A stretch of DNA of 64,000 nucleotides from a virus: IMG/VR virus record IMGVR_UViG_3300032116_000064, positions 1 to 64,000 of that record. One strand, written 5' to 3'. Below are positions 37,701-46,062 of this stretch, piece after piece. Below the pieces are notes generated by a model that saw only the letters and a list, made by a program, of their open reading frames with translations, searched no databases and was not told where the DNA came from. Position 1 is the stretch's first letter; every line of letters starts with the position of its first letter. The position numbers and the translations under genes were made by a program.

Positions 37701-37780
37701 CCAATTGTAACTGTCTTCCACCAGCATTTCCAACAAATCAATCACAAGGATTTGAAATAACCCCCTGTTTTAGACTGTAA
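34730..37780 (+). CDS. FN3-domain, mucin-like Thr/Ser/Pro and Cys-rich virion protein
   Basis: Three FN3-like modules (GPP.NI...W..P...ITNY.LEY...W), long T/S/P tracts, Cys-rich C-terminus. Confidence 0.75.
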   Translation: MTCLCGSINLPKGTKYSEYGLGLKILHTQGEIVLKLVHDQDINLNYGHTFLTTTEKYLLNENLNITGFDLLCEGKTKLYNSIIISIYDYSTDKLLCHRTFNSNGTEDITNFYLPLECDSTVLNVENKKFKIQIDSICQNTNIKCCDKLPDLSLSPSIMTVHGPCCEIVDPPPTTSTTINPSLLGPPKNIIYTLSGNSVNISWIPPTISHNQTITNYVLEYQTQNGGNWTSIIIPPSQLSYVLSSISGIYSFKMATQTAGGVGPFSDIFYPYLVGPPTNIVANPNNGSINILWTRPVTISGQTITNYILEYQNENSNDWTRIIIPANSLSYVLSSTNFTGYIIRMATQTSSGIGPFSDIIGPIIYNTSGPVRDVDLTYTTPTSVVITWQPGLNTPGFGTTSYKLEISNDGGKTWTTLEQTNSTNYSLSGLSSGIYLIKITQTFNGISGIPVIIYIIIPNISITTTSTSTTIEPSTSTSTSTSTSTSTTIEPSTSTSTSTSTSTTVLPTDPPPSTTTSTTQQPTTTSSSSSTSTSTTTSQPSTSTTTSTSSSTSSSTSSSTSSSTSTTTSTTLSPPTTISPSTTTSSTSTSTSSTSSTSSTSSTSSSTSTSTTDNPPPAYFICVMNKVIVPTSTTYFPPNTSYTTSTSTTTIDPNKYYCVTDKIITTTSPPFTTTQHPDPIFCIPLYEYNPAIHIAVTSPSLSCSECPPISTTAMPSTTMTTNTTGTTGTTGTTTTSEPPEVKCITVGSYDPFIHNLVSGPHDNCMSCGTTTTSTSTSTSSTSTTATSTTNTTSHPSTTTGTTSSPTTTGTVNPTGTDDPNSSTTNDPGNSTTSSPTNTPNPTDDPNIGDCGGIPGLCPMGSVCCPCDWSLVGGLCCPPNGPSCVPPTDPDNPSAACDPPCVALDCDICVDGVCRDKCNASKCYVCDNAGTCVENCESLSDMSICIQGTCFNCGACQWMAVDGNWVKVHPVYFTPIQNGCFTSTLENSYINMPNCNCLPPAFPTNQSQGFEITPCFRL
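36119..36545 (+). repeat. coding repeats in mucin-like tract
   Basis: 35-bp direct repeat at 36119 and 36173; ACATCTTCTAGT x4 at 36368-36415; ACTAGTAGT run about 36498-36545. Confidence 0.85.
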
Positions 37781-37831
37781 AAATACCTATAATATAAGTA
37801 AAAGGATAAGTTATATCTGAAAGGAATAAAT

Positions 37832-38431
37832 ATGAAACTTAAAAATCAAGTAACAATTCAGCCACCACCATATTCTGATAACAGCGGAAGGATAATCAAT
37901 CCTAATGCTATTACTACTGATAGTATAGATCTAATATTTATAGATAACCCTAAAACCAAGACGTTAAACGTACAAATATTACCATTATCTGTTACTGCCA
38001 ATTTATGGAGTGGAGACAATTATACATTAATTGGTGATTGGACTAAATCTCAAGCGGAAAAAAAATTAGAGGAATTAATGAGTAATAATCCTGCTGTATA
38101 TTTGCGATCACTTTATCCAAAGACTCTAGAAGAAAACCCCAATCATCCCGGCACTGTTCTGTCTAAGATGATTAAAAGTGTTGGTATTCAAATGACAGAC
38201 AGTTGCTCTTGTAAGCGTCATGCTCTAGAAATGAATGAAAAGGGCAACGATTGGTGTGAGCAAAATATAGATACTATTGTTGGGTGGCTAAGAGATGAAG
38301 CCAAGCGTAGAAACTTACCATTTATGGACGCTCTTGGTAAATTACTAGTAGGCAGGGCTATTAAAAAGTCCCGTAAATTGCTAGCAAATGAACCAGTTCC
38401 AGAAAATGACGAAGAATTAGATAGTATTTAG
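37832..38431 (+). CDS. hypothetical protein with Cys-containing C-terminal domain
   Basis: PGT.L...I...GI.....CSC...A.EMN..G..WC..N...I..WL..EA..R motif. Confidence 0.7.
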   Translation: MKLKNQVTIQPPPYSDNSGRIINPNAITTDSIDLIFIDNPKTKTLNVQILPLSVTANLWSGDNYTLIGDWTKSQAEKKLEELMSNNPAVYLRSLYPKTLEENPNHPGTVLSKMIKSVGIQMTDSCSCKRHALEMNEKGNDWCEQNIDTIVGWLRDEAKRRNLPFMDALGKLLVGRAIKKSRKLLANEPVPENDEELDSI

Positions 38432-38481
38432 TTTTGGTGTATACTATACTAGATAAACTAACCTAATAACAGGGACACATT

Positions 38482-39000
38482 ATGTCTTGGCGTAGTCAAA
38501 TACCATTAATTGTTAGGCATCTAATAAATGACCTTGACCAAGAAAAATACAAGTATTCTGACGAAAGAATAGAAACATCTATTCTAGTTAGCGCACAATT
38601 GCTGTCAATTGAAACAGATTTTACTAATTCATACATTATAGATATTGCTAACGGTGGGTTATCTCCAGATCCAACTGAAGGTATGATAGATAACGCCTTC
38701 ATAAATCTTACTGCTCTTAAATCAGCATGTATTATAATTGGAAGTGAGTTAAAAACAGAAGCTTCAAATGCTATATCTATAAAAGATGGTCCTTCAGCAA
38801 TAGATCTACGTGGAGTAGCATCTACGTTATCTATTCTATATAAAGATCTATCTGATAAATATTCTAAACTGTTATTAGATTATCGCGCTGGCAATAGTAT
38901 TGCTGGACATGCAATTCTTGGCCCATATAGTCCCGCTAGTGATTATGTCGTAAGAACGCATGGCGATTACGATTCTCGGGGTGGTTATTTTAGATATTAA
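38482..39000 (+). CDS. putative head-tail adaptor protein
   Basis: VRHLIND......YSDERI N-terminus; size and position. Confidence 0.55.
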   Translation: MSWRSQIPLIVRHLINDLDQEKYKYSDERIETSILVSAQLLSIETDFTNSYIIDIANGGLSPDPTEGMIDNAFINLTALKSACIIIGSELKTEASNAISIKDGPSAIDLRGVASTLSILYKDLSDKYSKLLLDYRAGNSIAGHAILGPYSPASDYVVRTHGDYDSRGGYFRY

Positions 39001-39012
39001 TGGAGGCTCGAA

Positions 39013-39978
39013 ATGACGGCTAAAAATAAGGATGCTTTGATAGCATATGTAACTGGAGTTTTAGCAGATAATAATGCTGGACAAATATCAGCCGCTGATG
39101 TTCGTATCAGTATAATTGATACAATTGATTCTATAGTTCCTATTGTTAGCAGTGGGGACTTTTATAGTTATCCATTTATCAAAAATGTTAGAATTAAAAG
39201 AACTGACGGCGATGGAGATACTGGACATTTAATTGTGGATTCTGGTATAAAATTCTCAGATGATTCTATACAATATGTAGCTTACCCCGGAGCTATGGCA
39301 ATTTCTCATACAGGATTAGCTCAACTAAATATTGGCGATCCTCACCCACAATATGTTCCAGCCGATGGTGGCAGAGCATTTACACAGAATGTTGCTCTAG
39401 GAAATAAATGGGTCAACGCTAGTGGTAGTTCCATAGTACAATCTACAACCGGCAAAGGATTACAATTTATATACTCAACAGACCCACTTAGAGAAACTAT
39501 TAATGTTGGTAGCGGAACACAATTTACATTCTTAAAAGATAGATCTGTTCTAAATTCATCTAGAGGAGTTGCTAAAGCTTGGATCAGATTCCAAGGTAGT
39601 GGCATCGGTGGAGATGGAAGTCCAGCTGTTCTAGATGCCTATAATGTATCTGGTATTAAAAAAGAAGATAGGGGCAAATTTACTATTATATTTGCATCTG
39701 GTATTTTAAAAGATAACAACTATGTTGCTATTGGTCATAGTAATGGTAGAAGTACATCTGCTAGTAGAGAAGACTTTAGTGAAAACACTGTTGCTATGGT
39801 ATCTAGAGTTGGCGATGATGCTCAAAAGTTACGATCTGTGAGCTTTGTTGTTATGGGTGAAGACACTGGCACGTATTTAGATGGTATAGTTAATGATTTA
39901 GTTGTATTTGGTACAGAACCCGGAGGTAGTGGTAATCCACCTACCGTAGTTATAAATCCAAACTACACAGCTTACTAA
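39013..39978 (+). CDS. virion structural protein
   Basis: LADNNAGQISAADVR N-terminus; DPHPQY fibre motif; AKAWIRF.G...YNVSGI...G.F.I.F C-domain. Confidence 0.65.
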   Translation: MTAKNKDALIAYVTGVLADNNAGQISAADVRISIIDTIDSIVPIVSSGDFYSYPFIKNVRIKRTDGDGDTGHLIVDSGIKFSDDSIQYVAYPGAMAISHTGLAQLNIGDPHPQYVPADGGRAFTQNVALGNKWVNASGSSIVQSTTGKGLQFIYSTDPLRETINVGSGTQFTFLKDRSVLNSSRGVAKAWIRFQGSGIGGDGSPAVLDAYNVSGIKKEDRGKFTIIFASGILKDNNYVAIGHSNGRSTSASREDFSENTVAMVSRVGDDAQKLRSVSFVVMGEDTGTYLDGIVNDLVVFGTEPGGSGNPPTVVINPNYTAY

Positions 39979-39985
39979 ATAAAAT

Positions 39986-42085
39986 ATGATTAAGTTATAT
40001 GATCGTATAAAAGAATTAAGTTATGTGATTGGCACCGGTAACATTACGTTATCTGGTGCCACTCGCGGATTTTCTACATTCTCATCTTGTTATTCCAATG
40101 GTGATGCTTTATTTTATGGGATCACTGACGGCACTGTGTATGAACTTGGTTCTGGATTATACGTATCTTCATCTAATCAGATACAACGCTTTCCCGTAAA
40201 ATCTACTAATAACAATTCTCTTGTAAATTTTACAGAAGGAACCAAAGAGGTATATGTAAACTATCCAGCTACCAACTCTGTTTTTAATACTTCTGGTATA
40301 AATCCAGTTCCTCAAAGTAGTGGCTTGGCTTTTTGGACTTCTTCCAACTCATTATCATACAATGACAATCTTATTTTTAATTCTGGAAATAGTAGATTAG
40401 GACTTAATAAGTCTTCTCCATCTGTTGCTTTAGATATTGGTGGAAGTTTAGCTTATTCACAATTAAGAGTTTCTGGTATAAGCGTTAGTGAGTCTGGCAT
40501 ATATTTTCCTTCTGGTAATAATGGATTATCATCTTATTCCGGTGGAAGACAACTAGTACACTTTCAGCCAAATCAATTAAGTTCACAGTTGTCTCAAGTG
40601 TTGCAACTCAGTGGAATTGTAAATCAAAATATTGTACTCAAAAAACAAAATTCAAACATGGTCTTTGCTGGACCTTCCGGTTATTGTAATCCTCCATGCG
40701 GCCCAGACTATCCATCTTTTAGACTATTAAATAAGTATGATATACCACAAGAAATTCCAAATCTTGATGTTGGCAACGATGATAGCTCTGTTACATTTTT
40801 AAGGATCTTCTTACCAAATGGTTTACCAGATAATGTCTATAGAGATATAAATGCTATTGAAGTTAATAGTAATAGCAATGTTTTTGCAGTAAATGGGTTG
40901 GGTCATATTGAAATTGGCACAATAGGTTATTCGCAAGTTCTTGATTTAGACGATACTATGAATTCTGTTTCTGGTGTATCTGGAATCATATATTCTGTAT
41001 CGGGAGCGTTAAATTCTAGAATTACAGCAGTGTCTGGAGTAATAAACTCAGCATCTGGAGCATTAAATTCTAGGATTACATCAGTGTCTGGTTATTTAGA
41101 CAACAGAATATCAAATATTAATAACTTTATATCAAATCCAAATAATAATTTATGGAATGCTCGACTTTCTTTGAGTTCGACTGATTCTACATATAGTGGC
41201 AGTGGAACATCATTATACTTAACCCAACACCTTGGTAATGCTATTTCATTGTATAATGGCTCTTCTTGGCAGACCATGCAATTTAATTCTAAGTTAGTTT
41301 CTAATTTTTCTTCTTTAAGTCCAAACACTATCTATGATGTTTTTGGATATTTAAATAACAATGATATTAGTTTTGAATTGACTCCTTGGTCAATGTACAC
41401 ACCTTATGATCCAGAGACTCCAGAAATAGAACCGGTAAACTCATCAAGAACTATTAATTTATCAACAGTTGATGGAGTATATTGTAAATCTGGGAATAAT
41501 ACCAGAAGATATATTGGCACTATAAGAACATCTAGTTCTGGTTTTCTTGACAATGAATCTGATAGATTAATATGCAATTTTTACAATAAAATCAAAAAAA
41601 TAATTCGATCAGATGTAAATTCAATCAATAATGATCCATATTTTACCTTTTCGTGGATTTATCCAACCAACGTTATAAGGCAAATTCCATACATATCAGA
41701 AGTTTCTGTAGTTAATGGCTTAAATTCTAATATAGACTTAAAAGTAATACTAGAAATATTGATACCATATGTTAGATCAGAATACACTCTTGGTATTATA
41801 AGAAAGCCAGAAATAAATAATATCTTAGAAAGTATAGATAACGATGCAACTTTTGATTACTATGCTGCCATTGTGCTATCTGGAACCAATGGCTTAGTAA
41901 CCACAGAAAATATTGGTGGAGACTATCAAGATGGATTACAAAAAACTATTTCCGCCTCTATATACTGTCAGCCGGTTGGATATGAAAAGTATCATGCTAT
42001 AGAAAAATCTAGACTTGGTTCGCCCGTAGTATATGGTAACAGGGTAGTAGGCAGCTATGGAATTATGGGAACATACGAATGTTAA
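39986..42085 (+). CDS. tail/neck fibre protein
   Basis: DRIKE....GTGNITLSGA..GF N-terminus; VSG coiled repeats; RLSLSS...YDVF...RRYIGTIRT domain. Confidence 0.65.
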   Translation: MIKLYDRIKELSYVIGTGNITLSGATRGFSTFSSCYSNGDALFYGITDGTVYELGSGLYVSSSNQIQRFPVKSTNNNSLVNFTEGTKEVYVNYPATNSVFNTSGINPVPQSSGLAFWTSSNSLSYNDNLIFNSGNSRLGLNKSSPSVALDIGGSLAYSQLRVSGISVSESGIYFPSGNNGLSSYSGGRQLVHFQPNQLSSQLSQVLQLSGIVNQNIVLKKQNSNMVFAGPSGYCNPPCGPDYPSFRLLNKYDIPQEIPNLDVGNDDSSVTFLRIFLPNGLPDNVYRDINAIEVNSNSNVFAVNGLGHIEIGTIGYSQVLDLDDTMNSVSGVSGIIYSVSGALNSRITAVSGVINSASGALNSRITSVSGYLDNRISNINNFISNPNNNLWNARLSLSSTDSTYSGSGTSLYLTQHLGNAISLYNGSSWQTMQFNSKLVSNFSSLSPNTIYDVFGYLNNNDISFELTPWSMYTPYDPETPEIEPVNSSRTINLSTVDGVYCKSGNNTRRYIGTIRTSSSGFLDNESDRLICNFYNKIKKIIRSDVNSINNDPYFTFSWIYPTNVIRQIPYISEVSVVNGLNSNIDLKVILEILIPYVRSEYTLGIIRKPEINNILESIDNDATFDYYAAIVLSGTNGLVTTENIGGDYQDGLQKTISASIYCQPVGYEKYHAIEKSRLGSPVVYGNRVVGSYGIMGTYEC

Positions 42086-42591
42086 ACATTTTATTATCTA
42101 AATTACAAAATATTATACCTATTAAAGCTATAGTGGAAAGAAATTCTACTATTGATATAGAATATTTTATAGACAATATGCCATCTGAGTCTCAATTATT
42201 ACAAATTAGTAATATTATAGATCAGTGGCCTCTTGAAAAAATAAAATTAGAAAAAATTAAGTTATTAGATGAATCTTGGAAAGTAAGACTTAGAACTGGA
42301 TGGGAAACTCCAGATGGATATAATCTCGGTATAGATATATCTGACGTTACTCTTTTGAATGGAGCTTTCACATTGGCTAAGGAAGCGTCTTTAATGGGTA
42401 TGAATAATCCCACATCTATTGTAGATTTAGATGGGGCTTCACATTCACTATCTTTACAAGATCTAACTACGTTAATGTTGCAATACGGACAAGCAAGAGC
42501 ATCTTTAAGTAATTCATATGCATCCATAAAACAATCAATAAATATGGCAACTACAACAGAAGAATTAGAAGCTATAAACACTAATATATAG
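42079..42591 (+). CDS. DUF4376-like fibre-associated protein
   Basis: C-terminal ...IKQSINMATTTEELEAI signature; follows fibre gene. Confidence 0.55.
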   Translation: MLNILLSKLQNIIPIKAIVERNSTIDIEYFIDNMPSESQLLQISNIIDQWPLEKIKLEKIKLLDESWKVRLRTGWETPDGYNLGIDISDVTLLNGAFTLAKEASLMGMNNPTSIVDLDGASHSLSLQDLTTLMLQYGQARASLSNSYASIKQSINMATTTEELEAINTNI

Positions 42592-42599
42592 GTATTAAT

Positions 42600-43082
42600 A
42601 TGCCAGTAAACGTACCAGAAAGTGTATTCGACAAGTACTATGATGTTATAGATTCTACTTTTGACATATTTGGAGTAGTTTGTAAACTTGTTACTACCAA
42701 TAAAATAGAAGAAGTAATATATAATCCTAGCAATAATATACCAGAAAGAAATTCTATTAATGCTCATCGTATAAACAATCCAGATTATGAGCGATCCAAT
42801 AAAATCATAAGGGAAGTAGAAGTATATAATGAGATAAAATTAAAAGTATACTGGAATCCAAGAGATTGGATCAACGTTGCTGGAGATATACAAGTTCCCA
42901 ATAATGTGATACAAACAATCGGCTTTATGAAAGATTTGCCACTAATATTGAAATCTAAAGCTTTAATAGTCCATAAAGGAATAGAAGACTACAAAGAAAT
43001 GAGATTTGAAAGAATGGGTGAGCATATACCAGTTGGATTAAGACAAGATAGATATTTTTCTTGTTTATGGAGTAGAGCATGA
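42600..43082 (+). CDS. putative head-closure/neck protein
   Basis: Position; P.GL.QDRYF...W.R C-terminus. Confidence 0.5.
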   Translation: MPVNVPESVFDKYYDVIDSTFDIFGVVCKLVTTNKIEEVIYNPSNNIPERNSINAHRINNPDYERSNKIIREVEVYNEIKLKVYWNPRDWINVAGDIQVPNNVIQTIGFMKDLPLILKSKALIVHKGIEDYKEMRFERMGEHIPVGLRQDRYFSCLWSRA

Positions 43083-43714
43083 GTATCTCTCTAAAATTAT
43101 TAGATTCAGTAGATGAAGTAGAGAGCAAAATATTATCTGCTATTTCTTCGAATTTTAATTCCTTAATGAAATCAAACAAGACTAAAATATTTAATGAAAT
43201 CAAACTCTTAATTCCTTCATGGATATCTAATCAACCAGAAATTAGTTCTTTATCTTCTAGTGACCCCCAATCATTAGTTGGACAATTCGGTATAACTATT
43301 GACCCATCTTCGATTATAAATAGTATAATATCCGCTGTTGTTAACTCATGTTCCGTATCTATAGTTCCATATGACAGTAAACTAAAAAATGGCGGAATTG
43401 AGATCAATATACAACCAGATAATTTTGCTAATCTCATTGGACTTCCACAAGGGCATTCAACTTATTTAGGTGGCGACCTACATTGGTTAGATTGGTTATT
43501 AAATAGGGGTGATGAAATAATAGTAGTTGGTTATCAATACAACCCACAAACTGGTTTAGGCAGATCTAAACTAGGAAATATGAAATCTGGCGGATCTTTT
43601 AGAGTGCCTCCACAATTTTCTGGTACTCAAGACAATAACTTTATAACTCGCTCATTAGTAGGGGCCGAACAAGAAAAACAAATAGCCAAGATCTTTGAAA
43701 AAATACTAAACTAA
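43079..43714 (+). CDS. putative neck/tail-completion protein
   Basis: LHWLDWLL..G...GRS..G.M...FRVPP.FSGT..NNFITR; position. Confidence 0.5.
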   Translation: MSISLKLLDSVDEVESKILSAISSNFNSLMKSNKTKIFNEIKLLIPSWISNQPEISSLSSSDPQSLVGQFGITIDPSSIINSIISAVVNSCSVSIVPYDSKLKNGGIEINIQPDNFANLIGLPQGHSTYLGGDLHWLDWLLNRGDEIIVVGYQYNPQTGLGRSKLGNMKSGGSFRVPPQFSGTQDNNFITRSLVGAEQEKQIAKIFEKILN

Positions 43715-43715
43715 A

Positions 43716-44687
43716 ATGAATTATTTAAACTTAAAGGGTTTTGATAGCGTATTCGACACAACTCTTAACAATGAGTTGCAAGATAATATTGTTGAATTTT
43801 TAGAGTGGTCCCTTTTAGAAAAGGGTAACTATATGAATGTTTCACTTGGGGAATTATCTCCAGAAGGAATAGATTATAGTAAACTAAGAATATCTTCTAA
43901 TTCATCTTTTCCAAGCGGTAAGGCTTGGGAGGGATTTAGACAAAACTGGATTTGGCAAAGTGGCGTTTCTTACAATCCTCCTCCCATAGTAGGGAATAAT
44001 CATGCTATACCCGGTATTTCTGGAATATATGTAAATAATGTATTTTATCCATCAAATACTAGTGGAACATATGCTCACAAAGTAGATTATTTCAATGGTC
44101 GCGTTGTATTTAATAACATAATCCCAACAAATAGTGTAGTAAAAGCTGAATATAGTTATAGATATATAAATGTAGTATATGCTAATAGTTTACCTTGGTT
44201 AACAGAAGTTCAGTATTCATCCCTAAACTTAGGGGAAGACTTTGATGATCTTAATAAAGGTAAATATGATATTCCCGCAGAAGCTAGAATTCAATTGCCT
44301 GCTATAGCCATTGAGATTGTTCCAAGAAGAACATTGAAAGGTTATCAACTCGGCGGTGGTCAGTGGGTAGATACCGACATTTTGTTCCACTGTTTAGCTG
44401 AAGATGAATATACTCGTAATAAATTAGTAGATATTATATCCTTACAAAATGATAAAACTATATATATGTTTAATAGTAATGCTATAGCAAGGAGTGGGTC
44501 TTTTCCGTTGGATTATCATGGTTTTCCTGTTTCTGGAGCTTTAAGATACCCAGACTTGGTAGAAAATTACTATCGCGGAAATTTACGCCTTAAAAACTCT
44601 AGTGTTCAAAATATGAAAGTAGTAAATAGTAATTTTTACGCTGGTATTGTGAGAATGACATTAGAAACAATCGAAACATCAATATAA
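43716..44687 (+). CDS. putative tail terminator protein
   Basis: IQLPAIAIE......GYQLGGG...DILFH.LAE motif; immediately before tail tube. Confidence 0.55.
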   Translation: MNYLNLKGFDSVFDTTLNNELQDNIVEFLEWSLLEKGNYMNVSLGELSPEGIDYSKLRISSNSSFPSGKAWEGFRQNWIWQSGVSYNPPPIVGNNHAIPGISGIYVNNVFYPSNTSGTYAHKVDYFNGRVVFNNIIPTNSVVKAEYSYRYINVVYANSLPWLTEVQYSSLNLGEDFDDLNKGKYDIPAEARIQLPAIAIEIVPRRTLKGYQLGGGQWVDTDILFHCLAEDEYTRNKLVDIISLQNDKTIYMFNSNAIARSGSFPLDYHGFPVSGALRYPDLVENYYRGNLRLKNSSVQNMKVVNSNFYAGIVRMTLETIETSI

Positions 44688-44737
44688 TTTTAGTGTATAA
44701 CTAACTAGAGCTTACCATCTTAAAATAGGAGAGAATT

Positions 44738-45964
44738 ATGCCCGCTTCAAACAATAATAGAATTTTTTATGCTTGCCAAGCAGTGGCCCTTCACCCACAG
44801 CAAACTAATGCACAAACCGGTGCTTTATCAAATTACGGTGCTGCAACAGTTTTACACGGCGTACAAAGCGTAGGTATCAATACAACATTTAATTTAGAGC
44901 AAGTATTTGAACTAGGTCAAATTCATATTTATGAAAATATTGAAGGTGTGCCAGACGTTGAAGTAACTCTTGAAAAGGTACTTGATGGTTATCCATTAAT
45001 GTATCACGTTGCAACAGCCGCCGTGGCAACTGATAATTCTACAACCGGTGCCGCTAAAGCTTCTCTAGTCGCTAGAACAAAATACAGATGCAATGTTGGT
45101 CTAGGCATTTTCTCGGATACTGTTTCTCACGTTGGCGATGATTCAGCTACACCAATAGAAGTTTTAATGAGCGGAATGTATGTTAGTAGTATTGGTTATA
45201 CTATTCCTGTAGATGGCAATGCTACTGAGTCACTTACATTGGTTGGCAACCACAAGCAATGGAATACTAGTCCATCAGTAGCAACCAATGCTGTTGTTAG
45301 AACTCTTACATCTGGAACAAATTACTATGACGGTCCCGGCAATTTTAGCGGTGGTGCTGGAGGTCCAGCATTCAGAGGTGGAGTACAAAGAAGAGAAAAT
45401 GTTGCTTTAAATGGTTCTGTGCTTCCCGTATCAATCAAGGGAGTTGTAGGAACTACTACTGGCAATGCTTGGACGGGCGGAACAGCCGCTACTGGAGTAC
45501 CTAGAGTACACTTACAGAATATTAGCATAAGTTGTGACTTAAATCGTGAAAGTGTACAGGAACTTGGAAGAAAAGCTCCATATACAAGATATGCAAATTT
45601 CCCTGTAGAAGTTACATGTGAAATTGAAGCTCTTTGTGCTTCTGGGGACTTTGTACAGGCATTAGAAGAAGGCATTAAGGGCGGTACTGTGAATGGGGTA
45701 AGTTATGCTCTCGGTACAGAAAATTATGGAAATAATACTCCAAATGAAACCATCTTAATCAGATTACATGATGGTACATGTTTTGACCTTGGTAATAAAA
45801 ACAGATTATCATCTATTAACTATACGGGCGGTGACGCTGGTGGTGGTAATGTAACAACTACATATAGTTATAGCACCTTTAATGCTCTAAGCGTTTTCCA
45901 CCCCTTGGATCCAGCCGGAAGCACTGTTGCTCCAGTTGGTGGATTTAAGTTTAATGGTCAGTAA
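44738..45964 (+). CDS. major tail tube protein
   Basis: HGVQSVGI.T.FNLEQVFELGQ..IYEN.E..PDVEVT; strong RBS and late motif; precedes chaperones and tape measure. Confidence 0.7.
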   Translation: MPASNNNRIFYACQAVALHPQQTNAQTGALSNYGAATVLHGVQSVGINTTFNLEQVFELGQIHIYENIEGVPDVEVTLEKVLDGYPLMYHVATAAVATDNSTTGAAKASLVARTKYRCNVGLGIFSDTVSHVGDDSATPIEVLMSGMYVSSIGYTIPVDGNATESLTLVGNHKQWNTSPSVATNAVVRTLTSGTNYYDGPGNFSGGAGGPAFRGGVQRRENVALNGSVLPVSIKGVVGTTTGNAWTGGTAATGVPRVHLQNISISCDLNRESVQELGRKAPYTRYANFPVEVTCEIEALCASGDFVQALEEGIKGGTVNGVSYALGTENYGNNTPNETILIRLHDGTCFDLGNKNRLSSINYTGGDAGGGNVTTTYSYSTFNALSVFHPLDPAGSTVAPVGGFKFNGQ

Positions 45965-46008
45965 TATATCGTTTAGCTAAAACTTAATAGGATTTTTAAG
46001 GAAACAAA

Positions 46009-46062
46009 ATGAGACTCCCGCTTGTGAGAAAGCTGTATGAAGCATCATGAGCGGGAGTTTTT
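46009..46062 (+). promoter_or_regulatory. uORF plus hairpin sequestering the downstream start codon (attenuator/terminator-like)
   Basis: uORF 46009-46050 MRLPLVRKLYEAS with AAGGA RBS; stem ACTCCCGCTTGTGA / TCATGAGCGGGAGT encloses ATG 46037 and is followed by TTTTT. Confidence 0.55.
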
